DNA from: Sarea resinae
Taxonomy: Eukaryota
Length of the DNA stretch: 29,032 bases
Assembly: GCA_026026165.1 (NCBI GenBank)
Contig: JAPEUD010000089.1
Coordinates: 62,001 to 91,032, forward strand
Direction: 5' to 3'
A model generated the notes under the pieces. It searched no databases. It was given only the letters and a program-made list of their open reading frames with translations, and was not told the origin of the DNA. The position numbers and the translations under genes are program-made. Shown here piece by piece: positions 10,349 to 21,643 of this stretch (position 1 is the first letter of the stretch; every line of letters begins with the position of its first letter).

Positions 10349-12590
10349 ATGACCAAGCTCAACCCGCTGAATCTGTTCTTCGACGAGAAGAAGGGTTCAT
10401 ACAGTTTACTGCCTTCCTTCGACTCAGAGGGTCGAAGTCTTAGTTTTGGCCCGCTGTCACCGCGATCGGCGTCTCCGAGAAGATGGGGCTTGAGACGTCC
10501 TGCATTTTCGAGCAAAGCTGTCCGCTTTACTCTTTACGCAGTTGCTCTGATCTTATGTCTGGGCGGCTTGCTACACAATCAGGGCTACAAGGTACCCAAG
10601 ATCGAGCTGCCTCAACAGAAACATAAGCCTCATGCATGGGAGAAGTTACCACGGTAGGCTTTGGCCGTCCGCTTACGTGACGAGCTTGCTGACTGATCGG
10701 ACCAGAATTAATGGCTATTACAATGGATTGAGGACGCTCGTCCGACCGTCTGAATACGTACCGGATTACCCCCAGGGAGGAGATTACCCCACGACTGCCT
10801 CGACGCCATCTTCCGAGGAGACATTCTTTGAACCGCAACCTTTCGATCCATATCCAAACTACACGTCACCTGAGTATACTTCAGAGTACTATCCCGTCCG
10901 AGAATGCTTCCTCGATGACGCCAACACGATTCTTCCCCCATCGATTTTGGCCTATCCTGGTTTGCCGCAGTCACAGACGGCGCCACAAATGGGCTCCTAC
11001 AAGGTGTTGGGCATTCGAGATGATGTCTGCTATGAGAGATATGGTCGGTTTGGTGCCTATGGCTATGGCTACGACCCTCAATTCGGAGGCACTGGTTTAG
11101 GAATGCACGGAGATCGCGAAGGAAGCGATGCCATCTGGATGCGGGAAGGCCAGCTGGACTGGCGAGGCGTCAACTGGGGCCAATTGCAGGACAGGTGCTA
11201 TGCGCAGAATAAGAAGCGTTTCGTGATCCACGGCGACCACACCCACACCCCTTCCACCCATCAGCTCTTCGACGAGAGTGCGCCAAGCAAGCCTGTGAAG
11301 CGCGGCATCAACACGACCTCGAAGGTAGAGAAGAAGCAGATTGGGAGAACCGCTCTCGTTTTGCGTACTTGGATGGATTTCAATTATGACCCGCAGACAG
11401 TTTTGTCTCTTCGTGCTATGATCAGCGAGCTAGTTCTCAAGTCGAACGGCGAATTTGGTGTTCATCTCCTGGTTCATGTCAAGGACAACAACCTGCCCAT
11501 CTGGGCCTCGGACGAAGCTTACCAGGAAGTGCTCAACCGCGCCGTTCCCGAGGAGTTCCGTGGCCTCGTGACGCTTTGGTCCGAGAGGCAGATGGAAATC
11601 GTCTATCCAGGTGGCTGGGGCGATGTCATCGAAAACCCCAGTAAACACAACGTTCACAGTGCGTATCGAAGTCTCCACTTCCCGCTCCAATACTTTGCCT
11701 CGCGTCACCCCGAGTACGAACACTTCTGGAATTGGGAGATGGACGTCCGTTACAGCGGCCACTACTACGAGCTCTTTGATAAGATCGGCAAGTGGGCTAG
11801 AGCACAGCCCCGAAAGGGACTCTGGGAACGCAACGCCAAATTCTATATCCCTGCCTTGCACGAAAGCTGGGAGAAATTTGCGCAGACGACTGAACTCGAA
11901 GCCCTAGCCGTTGATGCGCCGGCCTGGGGCCCCGTTGACTTCCCCGGAAAGCTGGCAATCCCTGGCTGGGAAGACCCTGTCCCGCCCACGACGTATGCCG
12001 AAGACCAGCACTCCTGGGGCGTCGGCGAGGATGCAGACATCATTACCTTTAATCCCATGTTCGATCCGAACGGCACGACTTGGGTCTTCCGAGACGATGT
12101 CACTGGATGGTCCAAGTCGCAACCCACCGTCCCGCGCCGCGTCGCCCTTGTGACTGTCTCCCGCATGTCCCGCCGTCTCTTACTTACCATGCACGAAGAG
12201 GCGTACAGAATGCACCACACCATGTTCTCGGAGATGTGGCCTGCGGCCTGCGCCTACCAACACGGTCTCAAGGGGGTTTTCGCTCCGCACCCACTCTACT
12301 TTGATCGTCAATGGCCCATGGACATGCTCGATCGGAATTTTAACGGCGGCCGCTTGGGTACGACTGGTGGCAATTCGTCCGGAGTGTTTGGCGAAAACGA
12401 GCACAGATTCCAGGGGAGCACGTTCTACTACAACGCAGGTTTCGCTGGTGCGCTGTGGAGACGGTGGTTGGGCTTCATGGAGAACGGTGAAGGTGGGGCC
12501 CGAGCCGAGATCGAGGGTACTGGACGCATGTGTCTCCGCGGCACGTTAGTCCATCCCATCAAGCATGAATGGGGTCCTCTGGAGCCGTAG
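10349..12590 (+). CDS. DUF3405-like fungal protein with a single N-terminal membrane anchor, 729 aa. Exons 10349-10653, 10706-12590
   Basis: A 52-nt intron (GTAGGC...GCTGAC...CAG) joins two long ORFs as WEKLPR/INGYYNGLRTLV. The protein has a basic stretch followed by a hydrophobic helix (FTLYAVALILCLGGLL). Motifs RTALVLRTW, HFWNWEMDVRYSGHYY, GVGEDADIITFNPMFDP and GRMCLRGTLVHPIK are recalled as DUF3405-type; the family name was not verified by search. Confidence 0.8.
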
Positions 12591-13699
12591 GAAGCGCGAG
12601 CGAATGATGCGATCTTTTTACGCCAGACCCGGACGCCTTTCATGCAGTTTTTCTCTTTACATTGTTCTCATGACATTACTTCCCATCTACGGATAACTTT
12701 TTCATCACCGATCGACCTTTTTCTTATCGGCGTCGTCACCGACATTGTTTCATCATCGTCATCATCGCCAGCGGCTTGTGGTCGCCGCGCGTGTCAAGGA
12801 AGCGCAAAAGCCACACTTTTACCTGCGATAGAATATACACCCAACATCTAATTCTCCTGCCAACCTTCCGACCTACATACCACCATACCAGGCTATCGCG
12901 ACGGCTTTCCGCCGTGGCTTTTTTTTTTCTTGTTACAAACGTCTTTTGTTTCTCCCTTTCAGGGCATCTTTTTCTAAAGCTTGCTGGATGATGGCATTAT
13001 GGGGATCATTACTGGCGTTTTCTCCCCCACCAACTTTTTTATCATCTTTTCGTCAAGATAGATGGCTGTGTACATTTTATCATTCCGTCGTCGTGCACAA
13101 ATGCGGTTGACGGCAGTAGTGCGGTGCGGTAGGGCGCGGTAGTGAGATGGGGTGGGAGAGTGGAGCACTAGGAAAGGCTTAGGTTGGGTGGGGAGAATTG
13201 AAGAGGACTAGGAAGGAAGGAAGGGAGGGATGGTTGTTTGTAATTAGACACAACACACTTTTTTCACAAAGACTACTTTTGACCGTTGGTTCTTCCGTCA
13301 TTCATGCCTTTGGTGATACCTTTCGTACCCACTTGTGTGTGACCTTGTCTCTTTTCTCCCCGTCTGGCTTCTTTCCCCCTTGTCTCTTTCCCTTTTCCCT
13401 TTGTCTCCTCTTCCCCCCCCCTTTTTTTTTCCCTTCTCGTCTTCTTGCTCTGGCTCTCCTCTGGCTCTGGCTCTCTCTCTCTCCTCTTGAACTCTAGGAG
13501 GAGATGCCCCCGCGTGAAGGCGGATGGAGGAGTGAGAGGGACGAGGGAGGAGGCTGGAGGGATGGATAGATAGATATCGATGAGCTCTAACCAACCATTT
13601 ACCCAATCTGAATCCAGCCACCAAAAAAAAAGACTGAGATTTTCTTTCCATGTGTTTTCTTGTGAGGGAGGGGAGGAGAGATATTGTGTAGGTGTGTAG

Positions 13700-13961
13700 G
13701 TGTGTGTGTGTGTGTGCAAGAGTCATAGATGGGTGTTTAGTGTTTAGTGTTTAGTGTTTACTGATTGCTAGAAATGAGATGGAAGGGATAGGATGGGATG
13801 GGATGGGATAATATGGGATGAGGTGATATGAGGCGAGAGGAATAGATAGAATAGGTAGGGCGAGCATACATACGTACTCTGTACTCGGTCCGATGAAAAT
13901 GTTTTAGTTAATGAATTAGATAGATAGATAGATGGATAGAGAGATGCCTTAGATAGATAGA
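13700..13961. repeat. Compound microsatellite zone: (TG)8 at 13701-13716, (GTGTTTA)4 at 13733-13760, degenerate (GGGAT)n at 13785-13839, degenerate (GATA)n at 13918-13961
   Basis: Read directly; lies in the 3' flank of the large F-box gene. Confidence 0.9.
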
Positions 13962-14036
13962 TGGGATAATACAGAGACGCCAGCCAGTAGGGACCAGGAT
14001 CAGGAATAGGACAGGATAGGACAGGTTCAAGACTGG

Positions 14037-17000
14037 CTACATCACAGTGCACTTCCCATTCCCATTCCCAGCCTTCTCCCTCCCGTCTTTCCCACCCTCT
14101 TTTCTATCTCTGGCCCCTCCTCGTCCTCCTCTGCCGCCACCACGCCGCCCCTCCTCCTCCTGTTCCTCTTCACGTACCTCCGTTTCAGAAGCAGCACCGA
14201 TACCACCACCACCACCACCAGCGCCTCTTTCAGAGACCCGCCGGAGTCGCTGCGCTGCGGGAGACGCCGGCTGCGATAGCGCCTTGGATTTCGAGGTGGA
14301 TTTGGAGCGTGAGCGAAAGAGGGAGCGGGAGCGCGAGGTGAGCTGTGGTTTTCTGGGGGCGGCGGCGGTGGTGATGGTGGTTGGCTGACTTGTTTTGGGG
14401 GGTGGATTAAGGGGTGTGGGTGAGGGGGAGTGAGGGGTTGAGCGCTGTGGTCGGTTTTGGTTTTGGTCATGGGGGTGGGATTGTCGAGGTGAAGAGCGCG
14501 GTTGGGTGGTGAGACTGTAGGGCCTTCGGCTTTGGTCGGGACCTGGAGGTCGTGATAGAGCATCAAGAGGAGCCTGCTGGTAGTTGAGAAAGGAGATATT
14601 GCTGGGTTGCTGCGGTTGATGGCTCGATTGCGCGGGGCTTTTGTTCTTATTATTGTTCCCGGTCTGAGTCGGCGGCAATGACCACGATGTAGGCGCGGGA
14701 TGAGCCAAAGGGCCGGCCGAAGGAACAGCAGCAGATGCCTGATAATACCGCCCCGCATGCTGGAGATGAGGAAGAGGTGCTTCCCTGTCATCATCATCGC
14801 CACCACCACCGCCATCTCGATACGTAGACGGCGGGGTCGACGCCGCGCTCTGGATGGTGTCGAGCCGGTAGAGCGCCTCCGCCTCGTAGTCGGCTTCTTC
14901 GTGCGTCGTGCTCAGCAGATTGGGCGTCGAGTACGAGCCCGAGTACGAGCCCGATGACGAAGGCGGCCCGTCGTAGAGCACCTCCGACGAGCGACTGGCA
15001 CGGATAGCGACGCCGCCGTTATAAGCTGCATACGTGTTTTGTTGAAATTGCTGCGGAGACTGGGCTCGCGGGCGAGAGAAAGATTGGGCATGGGTGGTTG
15101 AGGGATTGAAGTCGCGCGCAGAAGTCGTTGAGGTGGATGGGCCGGCGGATGGAATGCCAGATAGTGAAATCGGACGCGAGTACCGTCGTTCGAGCCTTTC
15201 GAGCTGCTCCGCCGACGGCAAAACTGGCGCGCTCACGGGATCCAGGTGAGACGGCTGTAGCGGGGCTGGCGAGGGAATCTCAGCTGGTGAAGGCAGTGGA
15301 GACGAAGCGGCCGAGCGCAGCGAAGAAGACGATATCCTGGCGCTGAGCCGTTTGCGGAGTTTGTTCCTCGACGACGGGCGGGCTTCAACAGCAGCCTGAC
15401 TCGAAGAAGACGCTGGGATGTCCGCAAAAGATGATATTGAGGACTGGATAGAAGAAGAAGAGATCCTTCGGCTGAGGCGCGACTGGAGTTTCGTGAGTGC
15501 TGACAATGGCGGCGACGGATCTTCCGCTGTTGGAGCTGACAAGTTTGTGGAGAGGTTGAGTGGCGGGATGGTCGATGCTGTCGAGGTGTTGGACGTTGCT
15601 CGTTCTCGCACATGGGCTGTAGGCTCCGGGATGGGAGAAATGGGAGTCGAAAGACGGGATATTATCGTATCTGCTGGTCTGCTAGCAGGCTGGCCATCCA
15701 AGGGTGGAGGCTTCCTTGCGACAGCGGTGCTAGGTGGAGGCGTAGACGACGCTGTACTACGATCCTCGGCATTTTCTGGAGCTGCAATCTCATTCCGGGG
15801 AGGTGTTGGGGGCGTTGTAGGAATAGGGTCAATTGGCGTTCGCCCTGCGTCCGGCAGATCTGCTCGCGATGACGTTGCATCATTTATCGCCGAAGCGGCA
15901 CCTTCTCTTCGTTGATATATTTGTGGTATTGCAGGGGCTGGCTCGATGGCTGGTCTTTGTTCGTGTGTTTGTGATATCGCAGGACCTGGCTCGACCGCCG
16001 GTCTCCGTTCGTGTACCCGTGGTATCGCTGGAACAGGCTCAGTCGGCACCCTCGCCTCTGTTTGCTCCCTCTGTGACGACCCTCTCCTCGACGTTAAACT
16101 CCGCACCCGATGGAGAGCATTCTGCATCAAGCTCTCAGAAGCCTTATCCGCTTTGGCCGGCGGTATTTCCATCCTGCTCGAGCCTTGCGGAGGTATCGTA
16201 CTTCTTGGCAACAGACTGCGCTGAAGATCTTCAGGTAGAGGAGCCTCTGCCTTGCGTTGATAAGGGGGTGGCGGCGGAACGTAATTGTCTCCATCGCTCT
16301 CGTGCGGAAGACCCCATCGGCCACCAGGCCGTCGAGCAACCCCTGCATATACTGTGTCGGCGGACCCACCACGAAGAGGTGCGGCACTGGTGCTGGAACG
16401 CTGTATACTTGGCATGGATGGAGGCTGGTTTCCAGAAAATGGGCCATCTGGTGTTTCCATGACCATATTGGAGCGTTGAAATCCAGACGAGGTCGAGGGA
16501 CGAGAATTTAGAGTAGAAGGTCCAGCTTCTATTGGATGATCAAACGACAGGTCCCGAGAAGAATCAACGGCCGTGCTCGGCCGACCACCGCCAAGCCGGC
16601 CCTTTTTCTTGGAGGCCAGCGTCCGCATTCTGACGACCGCGACATCAGCTTCTAAATCTCTCTTCTCCTCCTCCAGCGATTGTGGCGTGCCGTGCCCAAG
16701 CTCAATCGAGACCTCCCTCTTGAGGCTGCCTTTATCGTTTCCAAAGTCAAAAACGACAATACGGCCTCCATCAACAGGAAGAACCTCCTGTCCTTCTTCA
16801 AGGCCAATTACACCGACACCTCCAGGAGCTGCAACGAGCAGTCGTTTTGCAGCCATGATATCGTCGCCATCAGCGCCGCTGCCCCAGACCCAACGCATCA
16901 CGGACGCGCCCTCAACAGCCCCAATTTCGCGGTACATTATTGGCGTTTCCTTTGAGCTAGTACCGTTACTCTCGCATTGTTCAGCTGCGGTGCTCACACC

Positions 17001-18558
17001 GCAGCCTAGATTGAATCCATTGGTGACATGTGCAGCTTGTAGATCAAGTTGGGATCCGGAGGCACCATTTTCTGCATATCCATTGGCATGGCTGGGGTTC
17101 CCACCATCACTTAATCTGTCAAAAATGCTATAGACATAGATATACTTCCGTCCGAAGCTAACGGCGACCAGATTCCCGTCTTCGCTGGCCGCAGGCAAAG
17201 CATTGGGGGCCGGAGATTTATCACCAGGTCTTAAAGAAGGTCTAGGAAATCCAATGCCATTACCGCCCAGTGCATCTGCTGGGATTGCACTGAGTGAATT
17301 CGTTCTCCGATCAAAAGCAAATAGCCAGCTGGTATCACCGTCCGAGGGATGAGGTAACAAAGTTGCATGGCTGAGATGCTGACTTTTATTTGGAAAGAGA
17401 ATTTGCGTTGTCCAAGCTTGGCTGAGCTGCTGGGTATCTGACGCATCTACATCATCGTAGAGAGAAGTAGACAATACAACCGAATTTGAGCTTGCCGGGC
17501 TGATTGTTGTACCGAGGATGACACTCCCTTCAGTAGAGAACATAAGAGAATCCACTGCCTCACATTTGACAATTCGTCTCGCGGGCAAGGGATCAGAGTC
17601 TGAGAGTGAACAGACCTCGATGCCTTCATCTAGCGCAACTGCCAAGACTAACCCATCAGGGGACAAAGCTATCTCTCGACCAGACTCGTCAAGGGTAAGG
17701 GAACGGGCTCGTCTGACACCTGCCCCGCTAAGACCATAGATGTTGATTTGATGAGGTGATGAGAGAATGGCCAAAATCGAGCCATCATCCAAAATGGCTG
17801 CTGAGACTGGACGCCGTAAGACTTTGAGCTCCCGTTCCACTGTGGGTATATCCTGCTCCGTATCTATAATATGTAACCGCGACGAGTTGAAAGCAAGGGC
17901 CTTGTGACCACGTGGGGAAAATGTGAAGCGGAATACATCGGCGCCGGGGAAGGGGGCCGAAGAGCTTGTCGAGGTTGATATAAGTTTGACTATGGTTTCC
18001 CGAGGCTGGAGGTAATCGCTGGGCGAGCTGCGCTTCAATCCGAGCTTAAAGCAATGACGCAGGCGAGGAAGCTCTCCATCTTCCGAGGAGCTGCCAGGAA
18101 TGTCTCCATCTGTCAAGGCAGGCATTCGGGAGAGTTGATAGGCGTAAAGTTGCGCAGACTGGGAGGCCCGACGCCAGCTCTGGTTTAGAACGACGAGAGA
18201 AGCAAATGTATTGGGATCCGTATAATACAATATGCTGAAAGTAGTCTCCGAATTAGCGTTTGAACGTGCCAGAAACAGGGTCAGCGTTTTTGTCTGGCAC
18301 AGGATAGCATTCATATGCTGGGCTGACATACTGCTGGATGATTTCTTCCGGGAGCTTATCGAACGCCGAAGCTTGTGCTGGAGGATTGGCCTTTCCTCGA
18401 CCAACGTATTCAGGCATACTCTCTATCATGAAGCCCCCATCTCTTGTCGTTGACCCCAAGGTTGCGCTCAGGCTTGGCGGTGGAGGCTCTTGACACGTTT
18501 CGGGTCCGGAGCTGTGCCCGATCCGCGATTCCTCAGAGGTCCGCGCATCGTAGCTCAT
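14037..18558 (-). CDS. Large F-box protein (~1474 aa) with probable beta-propeller region, long disordered C-terminal half and terminal CaaX (CTVM). Exons 18558-18332, 18234-14037; start codon uncertain
   Basis: A 97-nt intron (GTATGT...GCTAAT...CAG) restores the F-box motif AFDKLPEEIIQH-ILYYTDPNTFASLVVLNQSWRR. WD/YVTN-like blades follow (FTFSPRGHKALA, IALSPDGLVLAVA, LMFSTEGSVILG, SEDGNLVAVS). The second exon is a >4 kb open frame. Alternative ATGs lie at 18429 and 18417. Confidence 0.82.
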
Positions 18559-19189
18559 GCTGATGTACACACCCCCAGCGATGCTCCACCGGGCAAGGCG
18601 AATTAGCCAGACTCGAAATATATGGTGCGGAGGATTCCTTGAATGGGCCCATGGCGGCCATCTTTTTGGCTGCTGCAGCTCGTCTGAGAACCTGCAATTA
18701 GCTCATTGGACCGTGACCGAGAATCATCCGCGCATTATTTCCGTGCAGATCGTATTCCCTATTGTGGCGCCTGATCAACATTTATTCGATACTTTTAGCA
18801 AAAATCCGACCTTCCGAGTTAAGATATTTGATATAGAATAATCGCAATGATACTATCATGTTTCCGACAGCGTTCTGAACTCTTGCTCAAGGTTTGTTTG
18901 TTTATTTGTTTCTAGAGATCGATACTTTGTACAAGACAGTCAAGAGAAAGAAGCTGCATTCAGCTACCCCCAAACAGACAAAAGACCATCAATCTTTCCC
19001 CTCGCATTGCCCACCAGGCCAAATCCGATTGTGCACAGTAGACCGTCGAAGAGAAGAGATATAGGAGCAGTCTTCCAGCCCTTCATTCCCAAGGACTAAA
19101 TGAGAAACCGAAGACAATTAAATATACATAGAATGGCTGCACAGACTAATGCGGATCCCCTTCCTCGTCCCCATACTTTTAAGGTCATC

Positions 19190-21027
19190 CTACTGCTGCT
19201 GCTGCTGGGGCGGCGGGGGCCCACCGAACACACCCGCAAATGTCTGCTTCACCCCCTTCATCTGCTCCTCCTTCGCCTTCTCCTCCTCCGCCGCCATCTC
19301 CTTCAGCCACTTCTCTCCATTTTCGCGGATTTCTCTTTCGAGAATCTCATACTGCTTCTGGCCTCTTTCCCGAATCTGATCTTGCAGCATCTTGCCCTGC
19401 TCGAATGCCTCGGCTGGCGTCTGCTCCATACCATCAATGCCAGCACCCGGTGGCTTGATGCCCAAGAGGCTTCCTACGAGACCGCCCATGCTTCGCTTGG
19501 GGCGCTTCGCACGCTCTTCGGCCATCTGCTTCTCGAAATTTTCACGGGCGATAGCTTCGCGGCGAGCAAACTCGGTAGGAATGTGGGCGTCCTTGAACGA
19601 TTCGAGTACTTTACGAGTGTCATCGAACCCCATAGTGGCGAGGTATTCGAGGAAGGGAATAAGTGAAACGAGTTCTTTGTCTTGTGGCTGACCCGTCCAT
19701 TTAGGGAGGATGATGGCATTCTCGGGCTGAAGTCTGGCATGGCCCGCTTCAGTGTCTATCAGCAGTACCTTGGACAGGTCGCGGTTAAGGTAAGAAAGAT
19801 CCTGTGAAAACACTTGCTGTTAGCTTACGCCTTGGTGGGAAAAGTTGACAGTCTTACCTTAATATACTCCCCGTTCTTATATTTCGTGGCTTCACGGAAG
19901 AGCGGCCACATCACGATTCTGTAGGGGTCCAATTTTCGGATGACTGGATCCGCAACCATGCTAGGTACGCTCGTGAAGATGACCAGCTCGTAATACTGGC
20001 TTAGATATCGAAGGAAGTAATCCACACCAGGACGCTTGGCCATTCTCCAACCGTGCTCCCTAGTCCACTCGCTGTGCACCAACAAGTCTTCCAAACTCAG
20101 CACCAGTGTATACGGTCTCTCCCAAGCAGGATCCGGGTTTGGCAGGAGCTTGGGGAATGCAGGCTCGTTATAGTAATTCAGCATATCCCCAAGACGCGCT
20201 TTGGCACGGTTGTAGAAAAGGCCAAAGGCCCAGCCCGAAGGTGCATCTTCGTGTGCCGCCTCTTCTTCTGGTGTCTCCCAATTGCGTCCGAGGAACAACA
20301 CCGATGTTGCCGCGAAAAGCGCGAATGCGGCATATGAATAATTCGCAAAGCGGTCCCTCCTTCGGTCGGCCGAAGATACATAGGCGGATTTCGGGAGATC
20401 GCCGCCGTCTTTGCCACCACCAGTAGAAGCAGAGGAAGGATCCTCTGTCAGGTTCAGGTTCGTAGACTCGGGTTTGCTTGACGCTTTCGACGCCGCAGCG
20501 ATCTCGGCGTCGAGAGTGGAAGGAATACCTTGGGTAAGGTCCGGTAGAGGTTGACTGGGTGGTTGCTCCTGTGCTTCTTGAGCAGCACCAGGGTTGACTG
20601 CAGAGGGCGACGAGGATTGAGGCGCCGTATTAGTTTCATACGCAGAACCCGTCCCGAACTCATCTTGTGATCTTGAATTATCTGGATGCGAGCTCCGAGA
20701 CTGAGGTATTGTGTTCCTAGCTGCGTCTGCCTCGGCATCAACCTCGACCTGCTCCTTGGAGTTTTCAGGGTTGTCGGACGGGTCGACCTTCTTTGAGCTA
20801 GAATATGAATATCCCCCTACTGAGCTTGCTTCAGTCGCAGCATCACCTCGATGTTGACGCTTGTTCATCGCCCTCGCACTTGGTGGTGCCTGATAGGCTG
20901 ATGCCCATTTCTTGGAAGGCTTGCTGTCTCTTGCATAGCTTCGAGTCAATGGACATGTAGCTAATTGAAGGCGCGCTGATACTGCCGTGCCTCGTGGAAG
21001 GGCGCGGGCAGCCGCGCGAGATAACAT
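19190..21027 (-). CDS. TIM50: Mitochondrial inner-membrane import receptor Tim50, 593 aa. Exons 21027-19858, 19801-19190
   Basis: The protein has an Arg/Ala/Ser-rich presequence (MLSRAAARALPR), a single TM followed by LGRNWE, and the FCP1-like domain YYNEPAFPKLLP...PYTLVLSLEDLLVHSEWTREHGWRMAKRPGVDYFLRYLSQYYELVIFTS...YIK/DLSYLNRDLSKV. One 56-nt intron. Confidence 0.96.
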
Positions 21028-21643
21028 GACGGGCCCAATTTGTCAGGACGGAGGGAATTGGAAGAAGACGGAGAGAGAAGGGCGATGAGTCAAAGGACCC
21101 GATGCTTGAGAAGGTGGTTGTGGTCTGTCGATATAATGGTGAGTGGTCCTTCTCTCCTGGCCGATGATGCCAAAATTTCGAGAAAGCGAATGATGCTTCT
21201 ACGGGAGTCAACGTGAGCCAAAGTTGCAAGCGCCGCAACAGCCCTGAAGCGCAACCGCCCGGCAGCCGAGGAGCATAAATAGTGACGGTGGTCGCTTCCG
21301 CTTCTGGCTCTTCTCTCCTCTTTTTCTCCTCATAGAAAGTTTCCACCCAGAGCATAAATTTGACGCGGCGTCCCAATCAATTTCGATCGCATGGACGTCG
21401 AGTTGTATTAGCTGGGGAGACCAATCTGCTCCTCCCAAGGGGGCAAATCGTCTATCAAGAAGAATAGCTCCACGTCCATGAGCTATCGCTCCCGTTGCGA
21501 CGATATATCTCACCCTTCTATCCTCCAGCCACGCGCCCCGCCTTGGCCGTTGCCAGAGCTGCCTCCTATGTGATTGATAAAAGTCCGACTTCTCTTCGGC
21601 CGCGCGGCGTAGCACTTGATCGCGCGACTAGCCAGCTCTCATA
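21028..21643. promoter_or_regulatory. Divergent promoter interval between TIM50 and the small F-box-like gene
   Basis: 616 bp separate head-to-head start codons; it includes a pyrimidine-rich tract near 21300-21330. Confidence 0.5.

Noticed and set aside
13733..13760. (GTGTTTA)4 as an interstitial telomere repeat
   Set aside because: The unit differs from TTAGGG and sits among other unrelated microsatellites.
18235..18404. N-terminus of the 1455-aa ORF as listed in the track; likewise the starts of ORFs 10632, 10235 and 5585
   Set aside because: These are read-through into introns or UTRs. The spliced models restore the family motifs.
20080..20110. Loss of the DxDxT phosphatase motif in Tim50 (LVLSLEDLLV)
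   Set aside because: This degeneration is normal for fungal Tim50 and is not novel.
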